Shown: positions 8,879 through 18,206 of the stretch, piece after piece
Position numbering within the stretch: position 1 is the stretch's first letter
Layout of the letters: every line of letters starts with the position of its first letter
Source: an uncultured virus (IMG/VR IMGVR_UViG_3300025471_000688)
Taxonomy: Duplodnaviria > Heunggongvirae > Uroviricota > Caudoviricetes
Length of the DNA: 32,480 nt
IMG/VR virus record: IMGVR_UViG_3300025471_000688
Reading direction: 5' to 3' (one strand)
Program-made: the position numbers and the translations under genes
Notes under the pieces: generated by a model
The model's input: the letters and a program-made list of their open reading frames with translations, nothing else
Told to the model about the DNA's origin: nothing
The model's database searches: none

Positions 8879-9200
8879 GGGAATTGATTCGCTCTTGATC
8901 CAGCCGCTCGCGCTCCTCTTCGAGGATCAACATGGCGTAGAACTCGTCGGCGCGGATCTCATCGAGCGAGATTTTCACGCCCAGCTTCAGCGCAGCCCGG
9001 AGGTCGAGCGCGCGGCGGATGAGCAGACCCCTCTCGCTCGACTGCGCGGCATCGAGTCTGTCGAGCGGGCAGTGGTCGCAGCGGCCGCCGTCCTCCGGCG
9101 CATCGGGACATAGGCGCGGATCACACAGTTCCTCGCGCCGCAGGGCCCAGTGGACGAGGAAGCGGAGGGAGGGCCGCTCCGGCCACTCCCCGTTCAGAAG
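8868..9200 (-). CDS. Tail assembly chaperone gpT-like segment reached by -1 frameshift (110 aa extension; absent from ORF track)
   Basis: Open -1 frame LLNGEWPERPSLRFLVHWALRREELCDPRLC...CDHC...INSHGR* from the slippery site to TAA 8868-8870, overlapping the tape measure start. Confidence 0.85.
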   Translation of the reverse strand, partial: LLNGEWPERPSLRFLVHWALRREELCDPRLCPDAPEDGGRCDHCPLDRLDAAQSSERGLLIRRALDLRAALKLGVKISLDEIRADEFYAMLILEEERERLDQERINSHGR

Positions 9201-9799
9201 TTTGGGCCGCGGTCCTCCTGGAAGCCGGCGTCGAGCGCGTCGATGGCGGCCTTCACCGCAACGGCCTGGTGGATGATCGGGACTTCGCCGGCGTAGCCCT
9301 CATTTGAGCGCACGAGCTTCTTGTAGAGCGCGCCCGCGGCCGCCAGGTTGATCGTCAGTTCCTGCTTATTGAAGGGCAGGTCGAGAATGCGCGCAAACGC
9401 GCGGCGGTACTCGAAGACGTCCTTCGCCGAGGGCATCGCAAGCACATGGGCCGGGGCGCCTCCAAGCACACGGAGCGTAATGCGGAAGGCGTCGCCGGTC
9501 TGGACGACGTCGTCGACCTCGGCCTGGCTCAACTGCTCGATGATGCGGCTGGCCTCGAACGGGTCTACCTCGACGGGATCCTGCTCCTCGGCGCGGATCT
9601 TCGCCAGCAGGGCGGCGTCCACGTCCTCCGAGTTCGGAACCACGGTTTCGGAGATGCCGCGACCGAGTTGCTTGATGATCACCTTCCGCCGCCGCTGGCG
9701 CTCGGTCCACTCCTCGTCGGAGGGAAAGCGCAGACGAACCGTCTTCACGCCTTCCGGAGTCCGCAGGTTCATCGTAATGGGTTTCGTTGCGTCAAACAT
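9194..9799 (-). CDS. Tail assembly chaperone (gpG-like, 201 aa)
   Basis: Between tail tube and tape measure; ends PNF* at the slippery site; AGGAG SD. Confidence 0.8.
   Translation of the reverse strand: MFDATKPITMNLRTPEGVKTVRLRFPSDEEWTERQRRRKVIIKQLGRGISETVVPNSEDVDAALLAKIRAEEQDPVEVDPFEASRIIEQLSQAEVDDVVQTGDAFRITLRVLGGAPAHVLAMPSAKDVFEYRRAFARILDLPFNKQELTINLAAAGALYKKLVRSNEGYAGEVPIIHQAVAVKAAIDALDAGFQEDRGPNF
9200..9206 (-). promoter_or_regulatory. Programmed -1 ribosomal frameshift slippery heptamer C CCA AAC
   Basis: X XXY YYZ in the correct phase, one codon before the gpG-like stop (GGC CCA AAC TTC TGA). Confidence 0.85.
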
Positions 9800-9808
9800 G
9801 GGAGGCTC

Positions 9809-10849
9809 CTACTGGCAGATGTTGTCCACGCCGCACTTGGCGACGGCCGAGACGATGCCGTTCGTCGCGTCGTACATCGGCAGGCACTCGACCGCCACCG
9901 TCACGATGCCGTCCGTCTCGCCGACCTCGGCGGTCGCAAAGGAGACCTTGTGCCAGGTGATCTCGAGCGAGTTGTTGGCGTCATAGGTGAGCGACAGCAC
10001 GGCCGTGCCCGTGGTCTGGTTTTTGAGCTTGGTCAGTTCCGTCGAGCCGCTCTCGAAGCGCGCGGTGAAGCGCAGAGTGCCCTGGCGGTTGCCGAACTCC
10101 AACCGGCCGCGGATCGCGCCGCTCGTGGCGTCCCCGGCGGTCTGGAAGCCCGAGCCCGGATAGAAGCCCGCGTCCATGCGGACGTTGTTCTTCCAGCCCG
10201 TCTCGAGCGAGACGATGTTCTTGTTCGAGACGTAGTCGATGCCGTCGATGCTCAGCGCGAGCGAGGCCGAAGGCAGCAGCTTTTCGAGAGTGGCTGCCGG
10301 CATCACAATGCCGGAAGGCTCCGTGACCTTGCCGGAGCCGGCAAACTCGATCGCGATGCGGCTGTTCGTGCGCCCCGGCCCGCTGCCGAGCGTGATGGTC
10401 CAGCTCTCGATGACACAGCCGACCGCCATGCGGTCGAGGACAACGCCCGCGCCCGGGCGGATCTGCTCGACGAAGGAGAAGTAGGGCAACTCGGCAGCAT
10501 CGCCGTTCGCCGGCATCAGCGGCGTGCAGGTGTAGGTGAAGTTCGGCGTCGCTCCCGACTTCACAACCTTGCCCAGCCCAAAGGCCATCGCCCAGGCCGC
10601 GATCTCCGCACCCAGGTATTTTTCGAGCGTGCCGGAAACATCCCACGATGTTTGGAAGGACTGGGTGGGGAACTCGTGGCCCTTGCCGTATTCTTCGGCG
10701 TCGTTTTCGGTATTGAGCTTCGGGTTGGCGAGCGCGGCGTTGAGCTTGCCGAAGCGCCACATCCCCGCGCCCGTGTTCGCGGTCGCGATGTCGGTCTGCT
10801 TCTGCTTGCCGAAGCAGATCAGGACCTCTTGCAGTCTAGTCGTGGACAT
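9809..10849 (-). CDS. Major tail tube protein (346 aa)
   Basis: Position before chaperones; Thr/Ser/Gly-rich beta-type composition; GGAGG SD. Confidence 0.8.
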   Translation of the reverse strand: MSTTRLQEVLICFGKQKQTDIATANTGAGMWRFGKLNAALANPKLNTENDAEEYGKGHEFPTQSFQTSWDVSGTLEKYLGAEIAAWAMAFGLGKVVKSGATPNFTYTCTPLMPANGDAAELPYFSFVEQIRPGAGVVLDRMAVGCVIESWTITLGSGPGRTNSRIAIEFAGSGKVTEPSGIVMPAATLEKLLPSASLALSIDGIDYVSNKNIVSLETGWKNNVRMDAGFYPGSGFQTAGDATSGAIRGRLEFGNRQGTLRFTARFESGSTELTKLKNQTTGTAVLSLTYDANNSLEITWHKVSFATAEVGETDGIVTVAVECLPMYDATNGIVSAVAKCGVDNICQ

Positions 10850-10994
10850 CTTCTTTCACCTCCGGCTCGGGCGGCGCGCACTGAGACCACCCCGCGTTCA
10901 TCATAGGTACGAGGACGTAGGGCGTCGCATCGACTTCTTTCGGCTCGCCCTCGCCCCAGGGCGGCCGCAGCCACACCGTATTGCGTTCACTCAT
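10836..10994 (-). CDS. Small hypothetical protein (52 aa, MSERNTVWLRPPWGEGEPKEV...; absent from ORF track)
   Basis: Exactly fills the gap between the tail terminator-like and tube genes, overlapping both by a few bases. Confidence 0.65.
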   Translation of the reverse strand: MSERNTVWLRPPWGEGEPKEVDATPYVLVPMMNAGWSQCAPPEPEVKEDVHD

Positions 10995-11460
10995 CTCCAA
11001 TCTCCGTAAACGTGATGGGAACCTCGAAATAGTCCAGTCCCTCGGCGTCGGTCTGCCGCTGGGTCAGCGGCAGGTCCATCGGATAGCAGGAGGGATGAAC
11101 GGCGGCGTTCAGCATCGGCACTTCCGATCCCGCCGGAACGCCTTTGGTGATCAGCCGGAACAGCCGGTAGTACGCGGCCGGCGGATCGCTCTCGTCCGTC
11201 TCCCGCGCCCGCAGATACAACGTGACCTGGTGCTTCCAAACATCCACGCTGCCGAACGTGCCGGGCGCCGTGCCCTGCCACACGGCCATCACCGCCGGAG
11301 CGGGCATCGTGTGGATCGCCTGCGCCAGGCTCGCCTTCTTCGGATAGTGGTCGTGGTAGGCGTAGATGCGCTCCGGATCGCCCTCCATCTCGGCGACGAG
11401 ATCCGGAATCGCCCGCAGCAAAGCGACCAGGTTGTCCACCAGTTCGGCCGGATTGATCAT
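10987..11460 (-). CDS. Putative tail terminator (gpU-like position, 157 aa)
   Basis: Acidic protein upstream of the tail tube; ATGA coupling. Function inferred from synteny. Confidence 0.6.
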   Translation of the reverse strand: MINPAELVDNLVALLRAIPDLVAEMEGDPERIYAYHDHYPKKASLAQAIHTMPAPAVMAVWQGTAPGTFGSVDVWKHQVTLYLRARETDESDPPAAYYRLFRLITKGVPAGSEVPMLNAAVHPSCYPMDLPLTQRQTDAEGLDYFEVPITFTEIGDE

Positions 11461-11912
11461 CGCTGCCTTCCTCCAAGCGCACGTTCAACCAGAAGCGTGT
11501 TCTTCATCTCATCGAGTACTCGCCGCGCCGCTTCGAGCACGGCGGCTTTGTTTTTGGGCGAGAAGACCACCCAGGGTTCGATCTTCTGGTTCACCCACGC
11601 CTTGATCCGGTCCTTGCGGGTCGAGAGCGACGCCTTGGCGCGGTTCTCGCTGACCGTCCGGACCATGAAGTTGCGGAGCATGTCGCCGGTGAAAGTGAGA
11701 TTCCGGCGATTGCCCTTGCCAAGCCGCGTCTTGCGGATCGCGTATCGCTTGGTAAGGGGTTTCGCCGGCGCATCGTTCGGCCCGAGCGCGGCGCCCACCC
11801 GATTCTTTACGGCCGCGACGCCGACGTTGCCGATCTTGAACATCTGGTGCTGCCGGAAATTCAGCCGGTCGAGCCGGATCTGCTTCTTCTGCCAGATGCG
11901 CACCGAAGACAT
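11457..11912 (-). CDS. Putative tail completion/virion morphogenesis protein (151 aa)
   Basis: Very basic; KPLTKRYAIRK...NLTFTGDML motif like Mu gpG/P2 gpS-type tail completion proteins; synteny. Confidence 0.6.
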   Translation of the reverse strand: MSSVRIWQKKQIRLDRLNFRQHQMFKIGNVGVAAVKNRVGAALGPNDAPAKPLTKRYAIRKTRLGKGNRRNLTFTGDMLRNFMVRTVSENRAKASLSTRKDRIKAWVNQKIEPWVVFSPKNKAAVLEAARRVLDEMKNTLLVERALGGRQR

Positions 11913-11915
11913 GGG

Positions 11916-12215
11916 TCAGGTCTGCCGGAGCCGAAGCACGAGGCCGCCGCCGTGGTCGGCCTCGATGTCAAACACCTTGTAGGTCACGCCATCGACGGCG
12001 ACGCCGTCGCCCCGCTGCGGAGGCGTGCCGAAGGCGGCCGTTCGAACGAACATGGCCGCATACACGCCCGGCGCATTGTCCTCCACCTCGCGCGTCGGTT
12101 CGAAGATCGCCCGGACGGTGGCTTGCCCGCCGGCCTGCGGCAGATACGTTACGTCCCTACCGAAGACCCGCAGGCAAGCTTCGTCCATCCGGCCGATCGC
12201 ATCGGTGAACGCCAT
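11916..12215 (-). CDS. Head-tail joining protein (gpFII-like, 99 aa)
   Basis: FGRDVTYLP...PQRGDGVAVDGVTYKV...LVLRL pattern; synteny. Confidence 0.75.
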   Translation of the reverse strand: MAFTDAIGRMDEACLRVFGRDVTYLPQAGGQATVRAIFEPTREVEDNAPGVYAAMFVRTAAFGTPPQRGDGVAVDGVTYKVFDIEADHGGGLVLRLRQT

Positions 12216-12556
12216 CAGGAGAGGAACGCCCCGTTCAACCGCACGCGGCCCGTGGCGTCGCCGTCGGCCGCGGCCTTCACGGCCACGCCGATCAGCTTGT
12301 TACCGGTGTTGGTCTTCGTAATGCGCTTGTTGGTGTCGTCCCAGTAGACCAGCGCGCCTTGGGAGAAGCCCGTGCCTGCACCCGTCTCGCGGACCAGATC
12401 GAACACTCCCGCAACCTGAAACTCGCCCTCTTCGCCGTTGGCGTAATCGTTCGACGCCACGCCGAAAATCGAGCCCACCAGCGCGCCGCCTCCGGAGCTC
12501 ACCGCATAGGGCGCGGTGAGCGTCAGCGTTTCACCTTTCTGCACGTAGTTCTTCAT
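12215..12556 (-). CDS. DUF2190 family capsid cement/decoration protein (113 aa)
   Basis: MKNYVQKGETLTLTAPYAVSSG...GVF...GALVYWD signature; immediately after the capsid gene; GAGGAGG SD. Confidence 0.85.
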   Translation of the reverse strand: MKNYVQKGETLTLTAPYAVSSGGGALVGSIFGVASNDYANGEEGEFQVAGVFDLVRETGAGTGFSQGALVYWDDTNKRITKTNTGNKLIGVAVKAAADGDATGRVRLNGAFLS

Positions 12557-12573
12557 GTGTCAGTCCTCCTCGA

Positions 12574-14454
12574 TTACGCACCCGCGTTCTTCTGAAGCCC
12601 CCGCCAGTCGATCGCCTTGGCCCCGAAGTCCAAGCGCGCCTTGATCTCGACGCCATCGACGTCGAAGCCCTGCCGCGTCTCGATGTACACGCCGTCCTGG
12701 CCTTCCAGATACGCGTACTCGATCGTGTCGATCTGGTCCGGCGAGGCGAACAGATACCAGGCCGTCGTGCTCGCGGCGTCAAGCCGCGGCTCGGCGATCG
12801 GCGTCAGCGCGCGGATGTAGTCGGGCACGAGATCGGCCGATTTCGCCGGCGCGAGGTTCGGCGCGATCATCTGGAACGCAGTGAGTTGCAGCGCCACCGG
12901 CACCACCAGGTAGCGCGGCTGCACGTTCAGCACGGTGACGCCATCGAGACCCTTCTGCTTGGCCATCGCTGCCATGCCCGCTCCGAGTCCGGCCAAGGCG
13001 AGCGCGCTGCCCGCGCCCGTGTTGAGGTTCGCGTGGTTGGCGTGGAACAGCGCCACGCCGTCGCCCATCGCCGGGTTCGAGGTGATGATGCCCCACACGG
13101 TGTCGCTTTCAAGCGTCGCCGCCGCCACGCCAAAGCCCGCGGGGATCCGGGTGAAGGCGCTCAGATCGTCGTTGATGATCGTCTGGCGGGTGATCGAGAC
13201 GATGCGGCCGTAGGTGGCGAGCTTATAGGTCTCCTTCGATTCGGCGATCGAGCCGTGGGTGAACTCGCCCTTTTCGTTGACCTTCATCAAGCTCGGCGCT
13301 TCGCCCAACTGCACGGCGTTGATGTTCTTGAAGTCGACCGCCGAGCGCCGGCGCGAGAACGGCAGGAACGTGCGCGGGTAGGCCTCGTAGGCCTGGCGCA
13401 GCGTCTTGTTCGCGACGTCGGCGAGAATCGAGGGGAAGTCCGAGGTTGAAAGCGCGAGCTTGGCGATTTCGTGGCGCGGCAGACGGCGCGTACGCGTGCC
13501 GGAGGACTCGAGGCACTCCTTCGCCAAGTCGAGCAGCGTCTGCCCGGCCCAGTCGCGGCCCAAGTCATCCTTCAGCGGGAAGACCGCCGGATCGTAGCGG
13601 TGCAAGAGCGCCGCTGTGATACCGGCGCGGCGGGTGTCGGTTTGGTCGCGCGTGACGGCGGCCGTGGCGCTGCGAATCGGCGTCGCCTCGCTCCGCTTGG
13701 CGAGTTCATCGAGCGCCAGCTTGCGGAACTCCTCGACCGGCGTGCCCGCCTCGATGTGCTGCGACACGAGCGTTGCGTCGAGGTTGACGGCGCGGCCGAC
13801 CTTCTCGATTTCCCGGATGCGCGCGCGTTCGGCCAGTGCCGCGGCCTGCCGCTCGGCATCGAGGTTGATCTTCCGTTCGTCACGGGCCTCTTCGCCCGTG
13901 GCGGTAACGATGGTTTCGTCCATCTTCTGCTCCTGTGGGCCAGTTGCCCGTTCGAACTTGAATCCCGCACCCGGGTCGGCGCCCACAGGTACGAGCGAAA
14001 CTTCTTCCGGCTCCCAGTCGGTCACCAGCACCTGGCGCATAGCCGCGACCTGCGGCGTCACGTCCTCGACGGCGTGAATCGCCACGCCCATCGAGGCGTT
14101 GCGCAGGATGCCGTCCTGGACGTCCTGCCAGATCGGATCGACGTCGGCGCGCTTCGAGAACCGCACGGCCGCCTTGCCTTGGCCGTTTTCGATCCACGCC
14201 CGCGTGATCACGCCGATGACGTCGTCGACCGTGAAGTCGCGGTGCGAGTTGAGCAGCGGCGCCGAGCCGCTCGCCAGGCGGCCCATGCGCACTGCGCCCG
14301 GCTCCATCGAGAAACGCATCTCGTAGGGCCCGCGCGCATCGTAGCGGCGCACGGCTGCGCCCGTGTACCAGGTCAGCGTCGCCGTGCGTTCGTCGCGCTC
14401 GGCTGGATCGAGCGCCTCAAACCGGGCTTCCAGCCGTTCTCTCGTTGGGGTCAT
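12574..14454 (-). CDS. Prohead protease-major capsid protein fusion (about 626 aa; start uncertain)
   Basis: N-terminal HK97-type protease motifs (PLLNSH, ASMG, EVSLVPVGAD), helical scaffold-like linker, and Mu gpT-like capsid region (STSDFPSILADVANK...IINDDL...RLDFGAKAIDWRG). Confidence 0.9.
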   Translation of the reverse strand: MTPTRERLEARFEALDPAERDERTATLTWYTGAAVRRYDARGPYEMRFSMEPGAVRMGRLASGSAPLLNSHRDFTVDDVIGVITRAWIENGQGKAAVRFSKRADVDPIWQDVQDGILRNASMGVAIHAVEDVTPQVAAMRQVLVTDWEPEEVSLVPVGADPGAGFKFERATGPQEQKMDETIVTATGEEARDERKINLDAERQAAALAERARIREIEKVGRAVNLDATLVSQHIEAGTPVEEFRKLALDELAKRSEATPIRSATAAVTRDQTDTRRAGITAALLHRYDPAVFPLKDDLGRDWAGQTLLDLAKECLESSGTRTRRLPRHEIAKLALSTSDFPSILADVANKTLRQAYEAYPRTFLPFSRRRSAVDFKNINAVQLGEAPSLMKVNEKGEFTHGSIAESKETYKLATYGRIVSITRQTIINDDLSAFTRIPAGFGVAAATLESDTVWGIITSNPAMGDGVALFHANHANLNTGAGSALALAGLGAGMAAMAKQKGLDGVTVLNVQPRYLVVPVALQLTAFQMIAPNLAPAKSADLVPDYIRALTPIAEPRLDAASTTAWYLFASPDQIDTIEYAYLEGQDGVYIETRQGFDVDGVEIKARLDFGAKAIDWRGLQKNAGA

Positions 14455-15997
14455 TTTGAAGGTCCTCGTCATTAAGAAGCCGGACAATTTCGCGCAACTC
14501 ACGCTGAAGTTCAGCGACGGGCAGCTTCTGTTGCGCGCCGCTCTGCGTGACGCGGCGCGGGTCGCAGTCGAGCACGATGCTGCGCTCGTCGAGCAAGCGA
14601 TTGATCTCGGCGATCTGCTCGAGCTGCGCGTCCGGGTCGTAGCCCTGCTCGGCGATGGCCTGGCGCAGCGTGAGCGTGCCCATGCGCAGCCGGTTCAGCG
14701 TGGCGACGGAGTCTTTGTACGGATCGACGCTGCCGAAGCCCGGCGGCGTCCACTCGGCGCGAAACGGACCGGGCTCGGGGATCACGCCCGCGGCGTAGGC
14801 CACCGTGAGAAACCGCTCCCAGACCGGCGCGCAGAGCATCGGGATGAAGGTCAGCCAGCGGAATCCTTCGATGCCGTTGCGGAAACTGAGCAGCCCGGCG
14901 CGATACGAGGAGTAGTTCACGCGCGAAAGATCGCCCGTCAGTTGTTCGTAGGTAAGATTCAGCCCCGTGGCGATCTGCGCCTGCTTCACCGCAACGTAAT
15001 CCCGGTATCCGGCGGAGGTCGAGGGCGAGGCGAAGGTGATCTCCTCGCCCGGCTTCAGGTACTCGATCATGCCCGGCTCGAAGCTCTCGACGCGCTTGCC
15101 CGTGACAGGATCCGGCGCCGCTGGTGCGATCGGTGGGCCGTCCGGGCCCTGCGGCTGCGTCACGAACGCCGCAAAGCAGGCCTCGATCTTCTTGCGGACC
15201 AGCTCGGCCTCTTCGTACTCGTCCAGATCGCGCAGCGTCACCACCACCGGCGCGAGCCACGGCACGCCGCGCACCTGGCCGGGGCGGTCCTTGCGGTAGA
15301 TATGCAGCACCTCGCTCGCTGGCACGCGGATGGATTGCAACGACGCCCCGCCGCGCACGCCCGTCTGCACTACGTCACCGGGATGCTGTCCGTAGAGCCA
15401 GTAGAAGACCCGCCGGCCGACCAGGTCGAACTCGACGCCTTGAATGATGTAGCCCGTATCGGTCTTCTGCGTCTTCGTGTGGTCGAGGTAGTCGGGCTCG
15501 AGCACCTGAAGCTGCAACGGGACCGCGAGTCCATCGCTTTCGCGCCGCTGCCGGAAGCGGACCAGGCACTCGCCGCTCTCAAAGATCGTTCGAGCGACGA
15601 GCGCCTGAAGACCGTAGAAGTCGAGCTGGCCGTCGGCGTCGCATTCATCGATCCATTCGGCCCAGGCCGTGTTGATAGCGCGATCCACCTCCGGCGTTCC
15701 GCTCCGCGCCTGCGCCGTGATGCCCGTGCCGATGGCGTTGCCCACGACCTCGGCCACTGCGCGCGCCGCGTAGGCGTTGTTGCGAATCAGGTCACGCGAG
15801 CGTTCACGCAGCTTCGCGAGCGCCACCGAAATCTCGGCGTTGGCCGAGTTGCCGGTCGTGACCCAGCCGCCCGTGCGCCGGTCGGTACGCGCGCCTTCGT
15901 ATGCCAGGCGGATCAGATCTCCCGCGCGGCGTGCGCGCAGCCGGCGCAGGCCTGCCTCGGGCGAGATCCAGGAGATCGCCTTATCGAGCCAGTTCAT
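14417..15997 (-). CDS. Portal protein, lambda family (526 aa)
   Basis: LRERSRDLIRNN, RPGQVRGVPWLAP, GDLSRVNYSSYRAGLL and VDPYKD motifs. Confidence 0.95.
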   Translation of the reverse strand: MNWLDKAISWISPEAGLRRLRARRAGDLIRLAYEGARTDRRTGGWVTTGNSANAEISVALAKLRERSRDLIRNNAYAARAVAEVVGNAIGTGITAQARSGTPEVDRAINTAWAEWIDECDADGQLDFYGLQALVARTIFESGECLVRFRQRRESDGLAVPLQLQVLEPDYLDHTKTQKTDTGYIIQGVEFDLVGRRVFYWLYGQHPGDVVQTGVRGGASLQSIRVPASEVLHIYRKDRPGQVRGVPWLAPVVVTLRDLDEYEEAELVRKKIEACFAAFVTQPQGPDGPPIAPAAPDPVTGKRVESFEPGMIEYLKPGEEITFASPSTSAGYRDYVAVKQAQIATGLNLTYEQLTGDLSRVNYSSYRAGLLSFRNGIEGFRWLTFIPMLCAPVWERFLTVAYAAGVIPEPGPFRAEWTPPGFGSVDPYKDSVATLNRLRMGTLTLRQAIAEQGYDPDAQLEQIAEINRLLDERSIVLDCDPRRVTQSGAQQKLPVAELQRELREIVRLLNDEDLQNDPNERTAGSPV

Positions 15998-16197
15998 CCT
16001 TTTGAGGTCTGAGCAAACGAGAAGCGATCGATCGCGGTTCCGGATTCCGTTGCCAGTGATTCCTTGATCACGGCCCGTGCCTGGAGGAGTTCAGCCATCG
16101 AGCGGTAGGTCACGGTGCGGTCGCCGAAGCGCACGGTGAGTTCGCCGCTCGCGATCGCCGTCTCGATGGCGTCGAGCTGTTGCTGGGTCCAGGGCAT
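15994..16197 (-). CDS. Head completion protein (gpW-like, 67 aa)
   Basis: WTQQQLDAIETAIASGELTVRFGDRTVTYRSMAEL signature; just upstream of portal. Confidence 0.85.
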   Translation of the reverse strand: MPWTQQQLDAIETAIASGELTVRFGDRTVTYRSMAELLQARAVIKESLATESGTAIDRFSFAQTSKG

Positions 16198-16377
16198 TCA
16201 GAACTTCCGCCGCTTGAAGTAGAACGTCGCTCGGGTCCCAAACTCGCGCACGACGGTGACGAGTTCCCACCCCTGCGCGCCATACTCGGCGAGCACGCCC
16301 GGCGATTCCGCTTCGCTTGTGATGACGAGGTACTCCCACGTAGGCCCGGAGGATTGCATCTGACTTCTGACTTTCAT
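16198..16377 (-). CDS. DUF4177-like small protein (59 aa)
   Basis: WEY...LAEYGAQGWELV...FYFKR signature; ATG at 16377 coupled (ATGA) to the terL stop. Confidence 0.75.
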   Translation of the reverse strand: MKVRSQMQSSGPTWEYLVITSEAESPGVLAEYGAQGWELVTVVREFGTRATFYFKRRKF

Positions 16378-18206
16378 CGCGCGAGCCACTTCCTTCCCCG
16401 GTCGCCCAGCCACTTTGCGCGATTGGTGTCGTCCTCCGGCACGGGCCGCGGCCGGTTGGCCGCAAGGATCCGGTCGGCTTCGTTGTCGAGCGACAGCCCC
16501 ATCGAGACAAGCGCCCGCAGCGCGGCGTAGGCGTAAACGCGCGCGTCGAGCGCCTCCTGCCTCACCCCCGGCTTCGGCCGCCACTCGCGTTTCGGCTGCC
16601 CCTTGGCATACGTCGTCACCAGCACTTCGCCAAGGAGTTGCTCGAAGTACGCCTCCTCCCGGTCCGCTGGAAAGTGCGAGTAGCCGGGCGTGCCCGGCGT
16701 CGGATTCTTGAGGCGCCCGTAGATCGTCTCCTTGGCCGTGTCCGTGCCCACAATCCACGGCTTCTCGCCGCGAATGTTCTTCGCCGTGGGCTTGCGCTGC
16801 CAAACCGGCAGCGGGCCACCCTTGCCCTTCACGGCGAAGATGCGCCGGTGATAGCGCGTCCTGCAGAACTCATACACCGCCTGCGATTCGTAGCCCGAAT
16901 CGATCGCGCACGCCGCCACCGGCAGCGAGATCCCGGTCTCGTGCGGCCAGCGGCGCTCAAGATACGTGTCCAGTTCCTGCCAGACCAGCGCGCCCGAAGG
17001 ATCGCCCGGCAGCACGCGGTACTCGATCGACCACGACTCTTCGCCGCGCCCCCAGCCCACGAGCTCCAGCTCGAGCCGGTCCTTCTGCACGTCGACGCCG
17101 GCCGTCAGCACCACCGCTCCATACGGCGCCGCCGCCCGGTAGTGCTCGCGCCGCGCCATCACCGCCGCCTGATCGACCGTGGTCTCGGCGGCATCGTCCC
17201 AGGGCTCGGCGAGCACCGTGTTCACAAACTCGCGCAGCGTCTCGATCGACTTCTTGTCGGCGAGAAACTTCTTCGCCAGCGCGCCCCACTTGCGCCACGG
17301 CGAGTACAGGCCGTTGATCCAAAATCCGGCGATGTCGGCCACTTCCGGCCGCGCCGCGCGCCACTCGCCGGCCTTGAGCATCTGTTGCTTCTGCCAGTTG
17401 GCGATGAGCTTCGAGCAGTGCTCGCAGCGGTACTCGGCCTTCTCCGGCGCGTCCTTGGGCCAGACGAGGTTGCCCCACGTCAGCACCTGGAACGCGCCGC
17501 AATGCGGGCACGGCAGCCAGAAGCTTTGCTGGTTCGAGTTGAGCCAGGCCTGCTCGATGCGCGAGGTGCCCTTGGTCGTCGGCGTCGAGCACAGCACGAT
17601 CTTCCGGTTCCAGAAGTTCGCCGTGCGAGTGATGGCGAGGTTCACCGGATCGCCTTCACTGCCCGCGCTTGCCGGGTAGCGATCCACCTCGTCGAGCAGG
17701 CAGTAGCGGATCGAACGCATCGCCAGGCCAGCCGGCGAGTTCGCCGCAGCGAGCGTAATCGAGCCGCCCAGAAACTTCTTGTGCAGGATCGTGTTGTTCG
17801 AATCGCGCGAGCGCGCATCCGCCACCTTGCCACGCAGGCACGGCGTGTCGCGCAGCATCGGCGCGAGCCGGTCCTTCGAGAACGCCTCGGCATCCACCTC
17901 GCGCGGTTCCACGAGCAGCACCGGCCCGGGATCGAGTTCGATGATGTAGCCCAAGAAGTTTTCGAGCAGCGAACTCTTTCCCGATTGGGCCGCCCACATC
18001 ATCACGACCGTCTCGTACGGGCTCGACGGTCCCATGGCGTCCATCACCGCGCGCTGGTATGGGGCCCGGTCCGTGCGCCACTCGCCCTTCTCCGCGGCAG
18101 ACTCGGACGACAACCGCCGGTTCTGATCGGCCCACTGGGAAACCGTGAGGTCCGGCGGCGGCAACAGCACATCGGCCGCGAGGATCTGGATCTCGTCAAC
18201 GCGCAT
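16374..18206 (-). CDS. terL: Terminase large subunit, lambda GpA family (about 610 aa)
   Basis: Walker A AAQSGKS, Walker B YCLLDEVD, STPT coupling motif, CPHC/CEHC zinc pairs, nuclease acidic motifs GVDVQ, IDSG, EALD. Confidence 0.95.
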   Translation of the reverse strand: MRVDEIQILAADVLLPPPDLTVSQWADQNRRLSSESAAEKGEWRTDRAPYQRAVMDAMGPSSPYETVVMMWAAQSGKSSLLENFLGYIIELDPGPVLLVEPREVDAEAFSKDRLAPMLRDTPCLRGKVADARSRDSNNTILHKKFLGGSITLAAANSPAGLAMRSIRYCLLDEVDRYPASAGSEGDPVNLAITRTANFWNRKIVLCSTPTTKGTSRIEQAWLNSNQQSFWLPCPHCGAFQVLTWGNLVWPKDAPEKAEYRCEHCSKLIANWQKQQMLKAGEWRAARPEVADIAGFWINGLYSPWRKWGALAKKFLADKKSIETLREFVNTVLAEPWDDAAETTVDQAAVMARREHYRAAAPYGAVVLTAGVDVQKDRLELELVGWGRGEESWSIEYRVLPGDPSGALVWQELDTYLERRWPHETGISLPVAACAIDSGYESQAVYEFCRTRYHRRIFAVKGKGGPLPVWQRKPTAKNIRGEKPWIVGTDTAKETIYGRLKNPTPGTPGYSHFPADREEAYFEQLLGEVLVTTYAKGQPKREWRPKPGVRQEALDARVYAYAALRALVSMGLSLDNEADRILAANRPRPVPEDDTNRAKWLGDRGRKWLAR

